Below, in pieces: positions 27,994 through 35,861 of a stretch of DNA of 41,871 bases. Both the position numbers and the translations under genes were made by a program. Location of the stretch: IMG/VR virus record IMGVR_UViG_3300042923_001789, positions 1 to 41,871 of that record; one strand, 5' to 3'. The DNA comes from a virus. Its lineage: Duplodnaviria > Caudoviricetes. The notes under the pieces are model-generated. The model was not told the origin of the DNA. It saw only the letters and a program-made list of their open reading frames with translations, and ran no database searches. Numbering within the stretch: position 1 is the stretch's first letter; each line of letters begins with the position of its first letter.

Positions 27994-28800
27994 TCATTCG
28001 ATGAACTCAGATAATTTCATTTGCTTTGACGGATTATAATTCATCCATAGAACTTCTTCTTTCTTAGAGCATACTTGAGAATATGCCGTTGCTCTCTCCT
28101 GGTGCCATCCCGAAAGCTTTCTTTGATAAAGTTCTGTGTCATATCCACTTAATAGAACTTTTCCTTTATGTTCGAGAAGAGTATCTAATAATTCCTCATG
28201 TTCTTCATCATCCATTTCACATCTGTACTGCTTCCCATGTCTGGTACCTAAAACATAAGGTGGATCGCAATATATAAGTACATTAGGAAAATTAAATCTC
28301 TTTATTAAATCTACTGCAGGTTTATTTTCAATCTGAACCCCTCTCAATCGTTCAGCTGCTAATATTACTTTTTCCGGTAGTCTGCACCAATCTTCTGATG
28401 CATAAGCCTTTTCTCTTCCTTGAACATCGTTTTTCCATCCTACCTTTTCACCGGTTGTCCTAAAACCATGCCCCATATTAAGCCGGATATAAAAATTAAC
28501 TGCTCTTTCAAAATCATCTTTCGGTACCAGACGGAAAGCTTCTTCGTATGTTTGTCTTGCATATGGTGTTAAATAAATTTCTCTGGCCAGACGTTCAGGA
28601 TCTTTCCGTATCCAATAAAACAAATTAACTACATTTCCATCTAAATCATTTACCGTTTCTATATTTGAACGGTCTTTATTGAACAATACAGCTCCACTCC
28701 CAAAGAACGCTTCTAAATAACTGTGATGTTCAGGGAAGAAATTTATAATCCAGTTTGCTAAGGACCACTTACTTCCTGGATATTTAATTACAGCTTTCAC
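27994..28800 (-). CDS. DNA adenine methyltransferase (Dam/D12 class)
   Basis: KYPGSK, YLEAFFGSGAV, ETVND, YCDPPY. Confidence 0.93.
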   Translation of the reverse strand: MKAVIKYPGSKWSLANWIINFFPEHHSYLEAFFGSGAVLFNKDRSNIETVNDLDGNVVNLFYWIRKDPERLAREIYLTPYARQTYEEAFRLVPKDDFERAVNFYIRLNMGHGFRTTGEKVGWKNDVQGREKAYASEDWCRLPEKVILAAERLRGVQIENKPAVDLIKRFNFPNVLIYCDPPYVLGTRHGKQYRCEMDDEEHEELLDTLLEHKGKVLLSGYDTELYQRKLSGWHQERATAYSQVCSKKEEVLWMNYNPSKQMKLSEFIE

Positions 28801-28804
28801 TATC

Positions 28805-28850
28805 TTCCTCCTTATCAGCTATACCGGACTTGCCGGATGGATTGATTAAT
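28805..28850. repeat. 46-bp perfect direct repeat, copy 2
   Basis: Identical to 27947-27992. Confidence 0.97.
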
Positions 28851-29639
28851 TCAGCCGTCATAACAACCGCATGGAATATCACTTTCTGGATCATACATAA
28901 GACACATGCCAACTTGGGCATCCTCATACTCCATAAAGTTCTTCCATGAGTAATTACGACCTAATCCTTGAACTGTTATTAAATTTTCTTTTGCATTATC
29001 TTCTATTGCTACAGCTCGATTAAACAGATCAGGATAATTCTGCTTTAATTCCCTTATCTCTGGCTTTTTCATTGACGGACAAAAGAAGCAACTTGATTTC
29101 CCTGGTAATGTTAATCCCTCTGATTCAATAGCCTTAACGCAATCGTCTCTGTACCATTCCCAATCAATCAACGGATAATGAGTTAAATATTTTTTGTCTT
29201 GCAAGTTACTGGCAAATGCATTGGTTTTTCGATTTTCTTCACCTGCATCAAATCCAATAAACTTATTAACTTTTTGACCGCTCTTCCAAATTTTGTTGCA
29301 TTGTTCAAGGCTATTACAATACTTTTCTTGAACTGACTTCTTATGCTTTAGAGAGCATGTCTTAAATCCATATGCTATTGAAGGTAATGACTTATTATTT
29401 ATACAATCATCTTCTAGTGTCGTTCTTGATCCGTCCTTGTTTGCGTATTCTACAATAGTTATATTTGGCAGTTTATGATCAATAAGCCACTTGTTCATTT
29501 CCGTTATGTGTTGATACGTATGAGGCATTTCTACTCCTGTATCAGAAAAAACTATTAGATCTATTGGTATCTTTCTTCGATACATACCAATTATCATTGC
29601 TGTGCTATTCGTACCGCCTCCGAAACTTACTATGTTCAA
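28851..29639 (-). CDS. PAPS-reductase-like (PP-loop) protein with Cys clusters
   Basis: VSFGGGTNS PP-loop, DTGVE, CSLKHK, SSCFFCP, terminal CGC; TTG start at 29639 after AAAGGAAG. Confidence 0.82.
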   Translation of the reverse strand: MNIVSFGGGTNSTAMIIGMYRRKIPIDLIVFSDTGVEMPHTYQHITEMNKWLIDHKLPNITIVEYANKDGSRTTLEDDCINNKSLPSIAYGFKTCSLKHKKSVQEKYCNSLEQCNKIWKSGQKVNKFIGFDAGEENRKTNAFASNLQDKKYLTHYPLIDWEWYRDDCVKAIESEGLTLPGKSSCFFCPSMKKPEIRELKQNYPDLFNRAVAIEDNAKENLITVQGLGRNYSWKNFMEYEDAQVGMCLMYDPESDIPCGCYDG

Positions 29640-29677
29640 TCTATCGCTTCCTTTCTTTAACTTACATTTACTTCCTA

Positions 29678-29706
29678 TTGATAAATACAAACAAATGTTC
29701 TATAAT
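29678..29706 (+). promoter_or_regulatory. SigA promoter with LexA box
   Basis: TTGATA-N17-TATAAT; CAAACAAATGTTCT (29688-29701) abuts the -10. Confidence 0.8.
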
Positions 29707-29734
29707 AATTTTACTAAATAATCGAGGTACCCAT

Positions 29735-30016
29735 ATGCCATTTTTAAAACCAGACCACAGTCCAATCATTCGCCATCCCCAAGGTCATCCTATTTCCGTG
29801 ATAGCTGCCTTTAATACTATAGGTGATTTACGTCCTAGATATTTCTGTATAGAGGATGATAATCAAGAGATATTCAAATTTCAGATATCAGCCGTTCATT
29901 CTACTAAGGATAAGCCAGGTGTAAAGGAATTCTATTGTTCTTATGAGGCATATGGTAAACTCAATTATATTAATTTGTGTTTTGATGTGTATCTTCATAA
30001 GTGGTCGGTTGGTTAA
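29735..30016 (+). CDS. SOS-regulated hypothetical protein (93 aa), antisense to the early operon
   Basis: GAGGT RBS, ATG 29735, own LexA-box promoter. Confidence 0.75.
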   Translation: MPFLKPDHSPIIRHPQGHPISVIAAFNTIGDLRPRYFCIEDDNQEIFKFQISAVHSTKDKPGVKEFYCSYEAYGKLNYINLCFDVYLHKWSVG

Positions 30017-30482
30017 GGTAATCCTCAATGTCAAAATCTTTTCCTTGAATAAATACCCTATCATCTCCGAATTGTCTTTTGATGAAGGCAGCTAAGCTAT
30101 CATTACTTTCTCGTATTTTTTCTCCAATAGTGTTAATATTTTTAGTTGTAGTTGCTTCCATGTTCCCACATTGACGGCATATCATCTTTTTAAAATAACT
30201 GTCATAAGACATTATGCGATTACAAACAGGACATATCTTGCTGTCAGTACATGGTTCTTTCTGAATCAATATCCATCCATTGGTTAATTGCTGTTGAAGT
30301 GCGGATATTATGGTTTCAAACATTTTTATGTCTCTATCCATTGAGTCGTAAACTTGTTTTCTCTCTTCCTCTGTCAAATCACCTGTTCCGACTACATCCT
30401 CATATGTAGCTCTTTGGTCTTTCATGTATGTCAATAAATCTTCATTCCATGCTATGGCTTGTTCAATCTCTTGCTTATTCAT
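29970..30482 (-). CDS. Hypothetical protein with Zn ribbon
   Basis: CPVC...CRQCG. Confidence 0.7.
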   Translation of the reverse strand: MNKQEIEQAIAWNEDLLTYMKDQRATYEDVVGTGDLTEEERKQVYDSMDRDIKMFETIISALQQQLTNGWILIQKEPCTDSKICPVCNRIMSYDSYFKKMICRQCGNMEATTTKNINTIGEKIRESNDSLAAFIKRQFGDDRVFIQGKDFDIEDYLNQPTTYEDTHQNTN

Positions 30483-30834
30483 CTTTGACAGCTCCTTTCA
30501 TGATTTCTTTGCAATTATCTACACATGTATTCCAGTGACGAACCAACATTTTGCCAGTCGGATTCATATAGTCAGCTTCTTCGCCTTTTTCTTTCTCTAA
30601 CCGATCCACAACCTTATCTACATCATAGGCGGTTGGATAAGCTTTTAATATTTTAATTTCTCGCTTAGCCTCTGATATATTTCTTTCTACTTGATTAATC
30701 TCATTATTCCAGTTGTGATACGTGTTGTGTGGTTCCTGCGAACGTCTTGTCTTTAATCGTTCTAACTTTGCCTCGTATCTTTCAATCTCTGCACTGATCT
30801 TATTTATTTCTACATCCGCATCAATTAACCTCAT
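30475..30834 (-). CDS. Hypothetical phage protein
   Basis: MRLIDAD...PTAYDVDKVV pattern common in clostridial phages. Confidence 0.8.
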   Translation of the reverse strand: MRLIDADVEINKISAEIERYEAKLERLKTRRSQEPHNTYHNWNNEINQVERNISEAKREIKILKAYPTAYDVDKVVDRLEKEKGEEADYMNPTGKMLVRHWNTCVDNCKEIMKGAVKDE

Positions 30835-30980
30835 TTCCCACTCTCCTTAATCCCATAATTATCCCGAAGGAATACCGGGTTTATCTTACTTGGCTTATCT
30901 ACTAATTTCCCATATTGTCTTTGGCTGTCTCTTTTCTGTTCTGATTTATTTCTTAGGTATGGACTTGATCGTTTTGGCAT
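30831..30980 (-). CDS. Small basic protein (49 aa, not in ORF track)
   Basis: GAAAGGAG RBS, MPKRSSPYLRNK..., ATGA overlap with the next gene. Confidence 0.65.
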   Translation of the reverse strand: MPKRSSPYLRNKSEQKRDSQRQYGKLVDKPSKINPVFLRDNYGIKESGK

Positions 30981-30992
30981 TGTGGCTCCTTT

Positions 30993-32396
30993 CTAAATAC
31001 TCACTGGCGATAAACTACTGTACCACTCATCAACTGTTATCTGTCCTAAGCATCCATTATGATATTCGTATGTTTTACCGTCTTTAGATGTTAGGATAAA
31101 ATCATCATTTCGCACCTGATATGCGTCACCTAAATGTATGGTATCTGGATAATTATAATGAGTTGTCCGAATAGCGTACTTATCAATCTCTGTGGCATAA
31201 TACCGGATTACGTTAGCCCTAAGTACATCCAGCGCTATATGTCCGCAGCTCATACCGTCATACATTGACATACATTCAATTTCTTCGGTGAATATTCCGG
31301 GAATAAAGGATAATTGGTGTGCAATTACATCCACGGTCCATCCGTTACCTAACATCTTATAAGCTTGACTATCAGATACAGGGAAGATATACCACTCCGG
31401 TACGGTCTGCAATCTCATACATTCTAGCACTGTAAGCTTACGGATTATGTAATACCCATCTTGGAGTTTTATCGGATATAGCTTATCTTTAATTATTATA
31501 TAACCGTCTTTAACTTCATATATTGGTTTGTTGACCGTTCCTAGGTATTGATAAAAGTCAGGTGAAGTGGTAAGGCAATTAGCTTTATCTTTCATATTCC
31601 TTCCTCTGCGTGTCTTGCTGCCTTGCATTCCTAAATCGACACAGTCCATAGGTTCTATTTCTATAAATCCGATTTTAGTAGCTTCTGGCACTTTCATAGA
31701 TTCAACCACCATAGTTGCACCGTATGATGCAGAATATGTTAAATTCGCTATAGAAGTCTTTGCATACTGCGATTTAATTGTCCTTGCTTTACCATCTTGA
31801 TCATTAATCGGAACCGGTTCTATTATCTTTGGACCTTCACCCTTATTTGTAGTCAGTGTTCGTGATTTACCATTAATCTGCATTACTTCGCCGTTCATAC
31901 CTTTCCCGCTCGGATTTACGTTTAGAACGGAAATTGGCTCAGCGGCCATATGTCTTGAATAAGAATGTTGCTTAGTTGGGTTGTATTCGCCTGCTGTTTT
32001 ATAGTAATGTGCATCAAGTGTATAACTCTTCTCTCTCCAGCAAACACCTGTCTCTAAAATGTCTTTAAGTAGTATTTCTTTATCCTTTGGTTGTTTCACT
32101 CCCGGTATGTTAGTCCAATACAGCCTATTGCGGTTCTGAGCTGATACCAAAGCCGAATTAATCAGTATTGGTTCTACTCCTAACTCTCTTGTTATCTGTT
32201 CTCTAATTGCCGGTGCCATCGATTTGTTATTCTCATAAAGGAAATAGTCTGGTTTGTACTTCTTAAGACCTATTACATAATTCTCGAATAACTCCCACCC
32301 TAACCCGGATGGCTCTGTTTCTCTATTCTTGGTCTGTGCTATTGACCAATGCGTGCAAGGGCTTCCACCTATGTACAATTTAATCATTAATTTCAT
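30993..32396 (-). CDS. DNA cytosine-5 methyltransferase, circularly permuted
   Basis: GGSPC (IV), YENN (VI), QNRNRLYW (VIII), RLQ (IX), LGNGW (X), then SMYDGMSCG (I), EID (II), GD (III). Confidence 0.9.
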   Translation of the reverse strand: MKLMIKLYIGGSPCTHWSIAQTKNRETEPSGLGWELFENYVIGLKKYKPDYFLYENNKSMAPAIREQITRELGVEPILINSALVSAQNRNRLYWTNIPGVKQPKDKEILLKDILETGVCWREKSYTLDAHYYKTAGEYNPTKQHSYSRHMAAEPISVLNVNPSGKGMNGEVMQINGKSRTLTTNKGEGPKIIEPVPINDQDGKARTIKSQYAKTSIANLTYSASYGATMVVESMKVPEATKIGFIEIEPMDCVDLGMQGSKTRRGRNMKDKANCLTTSPDFYQYLGTVNKPIYEVKDGYIIIKDKLYPIKLQDGYYIIRKLTVLECMRLQTVPEWYIFPVSDSQAYKMLGNGWTVDVIAHQLSFIPGIFTEEIECMSMYDGMSCGHIALDVLRANVIRYYATEIDKYAIRTTHYNYPDTIHLGDAYQVRNDDFILTSKDGKTYEYHNGCLGQITVDEWYSSLSPVSI

Positions 32397-32543
32397 GGAG
32401 TAAAGAGCTCTTTATTCCGGCCGGAAACCTCTTACTCCTTTCTGTTAATTTTATTTGCCTCGTTTTCGTCCCATTTTTAATTTTCGTGAACTGCACCACC
32501 TAAATGTCATACTGTAGGCATCAATTAAAAGGAGAGAAAATCA

Positions 32544-32636
32544 ATGGACTTAGAAAAAATTTGTATGCAATTAATTTTTTGTTCACTGGCCAGTATTGTT
32601 ATCTATATTATTTCTGACATTTTAGGAGATAGATAA
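32544..32636 (+). CDS. 30-aa hydrophobic peptide (moron; type I toxin-like)
   Basis: AAGGAGAG RBS; MDLEKICMQLIFCSLASIVIYIISDILGDR; hairpin at 32650-32680. Confidence 0.6.
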   Translation: MDLEKICMQLIFCSLASIVIYIISDILGDR

Positions 32637-32680
32637 CAAATTGGTTCACTGGCGGGGCAGAGTTTGACTATGCTCCGCCA

Positions 32681-33004
32681 TTACACCGCCTGCCTTTCTC
32701 TCTTCTTCGCATAATTCTCGCGTCTCTTTGCATTGGCATACTCTTTATTGCGTTGATACCAATCAGCATTTCTTTTCAGTTCACTTTCTCTATGGTTTTG
32801 ATAATATTTTTTATTAAATTCCGGATCCGCAGCACGTAATTTTCTCATTCTTTCTCTGTTTTTAATGCGGGCCTTTTCTGCTCTAGTAGTTGGATTATCT
32901 TTAATAAATTTATCTACCTCATTAGACCTGTAATCCTGAGAAGATAGTTTGTCATTGATGCAATCTGGAAATTCACAATTAAAACAATCCATATTACATT
33001 TCAT
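32681..33004 (-). CDS. Hypothetical basic protein with N-terminal Cys cluster
   Basis: CNMDCFNCEFPDC; GGAGG RBS. Confidence 0.75.
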   Translation of the reverse strand: MKCNMDCFNCEFPDCINDKLSSQDYRSNEVDKFIKDNPTTRAEKARIKNRERMRKLRAADPEFNKKYYQNHRESELKRNADWYQRNKEYANAKRRENYAKKRERQAV

Positions 33005-33014
33005 GTATAACCTC

Positions 33015-33581
33015 CTAATCTTTACCTAAACTAACAGGTAGAACATATCTCATATTCCTTCTGTCTTTTTCTTCCCTTATGATTACCGGATCCTTCTTCC
33101 CTCGAGTTTCAATGACCACTAACTTACGACATCCATAGGAATTAATGCCCTTGAGTGCTTCGATTAAATAATCAGGATTAATACCAATCTTCACACTCGG
33201 TTCCATGGCTTCCGTTTCCTCTATCATTTTCTTTGTGGCAAACCATTCCCCCTCTGGTTGAACGAATTTAAGGCTATAAAATCCCATGTCCACTATTGCT
33301 ACCTGATTATCAAGTTCAATTTCTGCATATACTGTATCTGTCTTCCAAGGTGTAAAAGGTTTTATGTAAGCGATAAAACTTTCATCTGTTTGGCATTTTA
33401 CATATTCTACTGCAACTCTGTATCCATCCAATGCTTCAAATCTAGCCTCTTTGGTTTCTTGATTAAATTCGATATAGATATGCTCCATCTTTTTATCTGT
33501 ATATTGACTATCTTTTCTTGTGAAAGGCTTTAAGGCCTTAATAACTCTAATTAATTCCTCTGTTTTAATTAATGCTTTCAT
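33015..33581 (-). CDS. Beta sliding-clamp-like protein (short)
   Basis: ALDGYRVA, IGINPDYLIEALK, PVII, YVLPV resemble DnaN motifs. Confidence 0.7.
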   Translation of the reverse strand: MKALIKTEELIRVIKALKPFTRKDSQYTDKKMEHIYIEFNQETKEARFEALDGYRVAVEYVKCQTDESFIAYIKPFTPWKTDTVYAEIELDNQVAIVDMGFYSLKFVQPEGEWFATKKMIEETEAMEPSVKIGINPDYLIEALKGINSYGCRKLVVIETRGKKDPVIIREEKDRRNMRYVLPVSLGKD

Positions 33582-33589
33582 ACTGCCTC

Positions 33590-34462
33590 CTAATCATCCA
33601 TAGATACTCCTACTTCATAATGTTCTGTTGCCTGGTTATTTCTTTTAGCTCTTTCTATTGCTTCGTAATCTTGTGCTGTATATGTACGCTGAGGATGACT
33701 ATTGAATTTGTTTTGCTTTGGCTGAGTTGGTTGCAGCGGCTTATTGATGTAATTCCCTTCAAGAACTTTAATCATGTTAGTTTCATTAATGAACCAGTCA
33801 AAATTAGCTTTCCAACTTCTATTGCTTTCTGTTTCACCTTTTAAGAATTTGCTTTCCTCTGCCATAATGAACAGCTTTTTAAAATCGTCTACTGTATAAG
33901 TCTTTAATCTAGCCTTAATTAATCTCTTTCTGTTTTCTGATAGCTTTATAACCTTAGAGTATGAAACACATATCATATGAAACAGATCAATTATTTGTTG
34001 ATAATCACATATATCTTGTTTTATATTTTGTTTTAATATTTGTTTATCTTGGGGAGCTAATCCGCTCCCTGTAGAGGTAGCTAATTCGCTCCCTGTTCCG
34101 TCCTCTTTTTCGATGGGTGGTAACTTATTAGTTACCTGTCTATCATTTAGTTGCCAGTTAACGTAATTTTTATTAATGCTTATTACTCTCGGTGTAGTAA
34201 AGGTAGCTTCTCGATCTACTCGAATAATTCCTTTGGTTATTAATTCATTAAGTTCTCTAGACACCTGTTTTTTATGTACATTGAGTGCTTTAGAAATAAA
34301 CGACTCTGATAACTCATGATTCTTTCTTGAAAATCCATATGTGTACCGGAAGACTACCAATATAATTCTAAATTGAGTACCATTTAGGCTTTGTTGAAAT
34401 ACCTGTTCTAGTAACTCATTGGCTATAGGAGTATATCCCTCTTCTTTTTGAGGACTAGCCAT
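33590..34462 (-). CDS. Replication initiator (lambda O-like N-terminus)
   Basis: GYTPIANELLE, RYTYGF, C-terminal WKANFDW...KVLEGNY; internal iterons. Confidence 0.88.
   Translation of the reverse strand: MASPQKEEGYTPIANELLEQVFQQSLNGTQFRIILVVFRYTYGFSRKNHELSESFISKALNVHKKQVSRELNELITKGIIRVDREATFTTPRVISINKNYVNWQLNDRQVTNKLPPIEKEDGTGSELATSTGSGLAPQDKQILKQNIKQDICDYQQIIDLFHMICVSYSKVIKLSENRKRLIKARLKTYTVDDFKKLFIMAEESKFLKGETESNRSWKANFDWFINETNMIKVLEGNYINKPLQPTQPKQNKFNSHPQRTYTAQDYEAIERAKRNNQATEHYEVGVSMDD
34012..34136. repeat. Putative replication origin: three 18-bp quasi-palindromic iterons plus AT-rich tract
   Basis: GGGAGCTAATCCGCTCCC (34052), GGTAGCTAATTCGCTCCC (34076), GGTAACTTATTAGTTACC (34119); T-rich 34012-34050. 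Confidence 0.75.
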
Positions 34463-34466
34463 CTAA

Positions 34467-34805
34467 TCACCCCTTTATCAGCCTTAATTCGTGGGTATTT
34501 CCGTAATTGTAAAGGAACATTTTACGTTTGATAGCAAAATCTTTAGTAACAAATCCTTTTACATCCTCAACAATAATGCTACTACCTACCATGTATTCAA
34601 AATCTGCTATATACTTGATAGCTCTCTCTGTTTTCTTACCGAGTTTAAATTTTGGCTGTAGTTCGCATACCGGTTGCAATTTTAAATTAGTGATTATCCC
34701 TTCTTTTTCGGATAACTTTAATTCTAAATATCTATTTGCTTCGTCTTTGGAGTCAAATTTAATTCCATTAACGATTGTTTTTTTATTGCCATATTTACTG
34801 CGCAT
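34467..34805 (-). CDS. DUF1064-family putative endonuclease/resolvase
   Basis: SKYGNKK..FDSKDEA..Y, YIADF.Y, VEDVKG; start MRSKY after AAAGGAG. Confidence 0.85.
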   Translation of the reverse strand: MRSKYGNKKTIVNGIKFDSKDEANRYLELKLSEKEGIITNLKLQPVCELQPKFKLGKKTERAIKYIADFEYMVGSSIIVEDVKGFVTKDFAIKRKMFLYNYGNTHELRLIKG

Positions 34806-34968
34806 ATTTCTCCTTTCTCCATGGCAGCCGTTGAAACTGCCATGGGTTGAAGTTGGGATAAGGAAATCGTTCAAGAGTCGATTGTGATATGTCATACTTG
34901 AAGGATTAATTTACATACCCCGGCAAGTTATTGGTTTTTATTTAGTAGCCGTTCGGCTAACTATCGGT

Positions 34969-35325
34969 TTAATGTTGTGTCTTGTACACAATCAGATCTT
35001 TATATTTGTTATATGTAACGCTTTCTCTGGTCCATCCTGGATAGAGAGATTTTATATAATCCTCTGCGATATTTCGCATTTCTTCTGAGTGTAATCCGTT
35101 GTCAAGCATCCTGTGATGATAGATACAGCCCTCTATGCCATTTTCAAGCACTCCTAATCCACCTTGACTACGATTTATTACATGCATACATTCGCTGCCG
35201 GTATGGTCATATAAATGAGTACTCATGCGGTAATGCATACGGCAGAATAAACACCCCTTGTCCCGAACTTTAATTTCAGCTTTGATTTTAGGAGTGAAGT
35301 CACAGGCCTTGGCACGCTTGTTCAT
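34969..35325 (-). CDS. HNH-like Zn-binding protein
   Basis: RDKGCLFC, HVINRSQGGLG, CIYHH. Confidence 0.7.
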   Translation of the reverse strand: MNKRAKACDFTPKIKAEIKVRDKGCLFCRMHYRMSTHLYDHTGSECMHVINRSQGGLGVLENGIEGCIYHHRMLDNGLHSEEMRNIAEDYIKSLYPGWTRESVTYNKYKDLIVYKTQH

Positions 35326-35861
35326 ACTCCCCACCTCTCTTTCATCTTTCGGATTTCATCTGGCGTAGCTGTTTCAATGCCTAATTCCTTGGCATCTGCT
35401 ACGGTACCATCAATCAATAAAGACATTTCCTTTGTGTCGTATGTATGGGATCCACGGTAAACCTTATAGAATGTTGCCTTGTCCTCAAATTTAACCGGAA
35501 TACAGTGGATTGCTTCTTGCTCCCACATAAATTCTTGTGGTGCATTGGTTTTATACACCATTGGACTTCCATCTGGTAATAATTGAGGTTGTCCATATTT
35601 GCAGATTAGAATATTCTTGGACTTCGCTTTTGATATCGGAAGAGTCTCTGAAATCTTACCGGAGATTACATGGAAGTAAGCATTTGCGTCTAGGCTTCTC
35701 TTGGGTCGATATTTCTTTACCTCAATGTTTAACTTCTCACATTCTCTTAATTTCTCATATTCTGAAAATACGGCCTCACGTTCATTAGCAGAAAACGATA
35801 TTACTAGATCATTGGTGCCATATTCGTTACTGATTGATTTAATTCTTCCGGTGAAATTCAT
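35322..35861 (-). CDS. NinB/Orf-like recombination accessory protein
   Basis: RSLDANAYFH, GSHTYDTKEMS.LID...ELGI. Confidence 0.7.
   Translation of the reverse strand: MNFTGRIKSISNEYGTNDLVISFSANEREAVFSEYEKLRECEKLNIEVKKYRPKRSLDANAYFHVISGKISETLPISKAKSKNILICKYGQPQLLPDGSPMVYKTNAPQEFMWEQEAIHCIPVKFEDKATFYKVYRGSHTYDTKEMSLLIDGTVADAKELGIETATPDEIRKMKERWGV

Noticed and set aside
29564-29734. N-terminal extension of the 150-aa + ORF
   Set aside because: Spans its own promoter and overlaps the PAPS-like gene; ATG 29735 has the RBS.
27994-32396. Restriction-modification system
   Set aside because: No cognate restriction endonuclease recognised next to either MTase.
32544-32636. Assignment to the Fst/Ldr toxin family
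   Set aside because: Lacks the AP...G...W pattern; kept only as a generic hydrophobic peptide.
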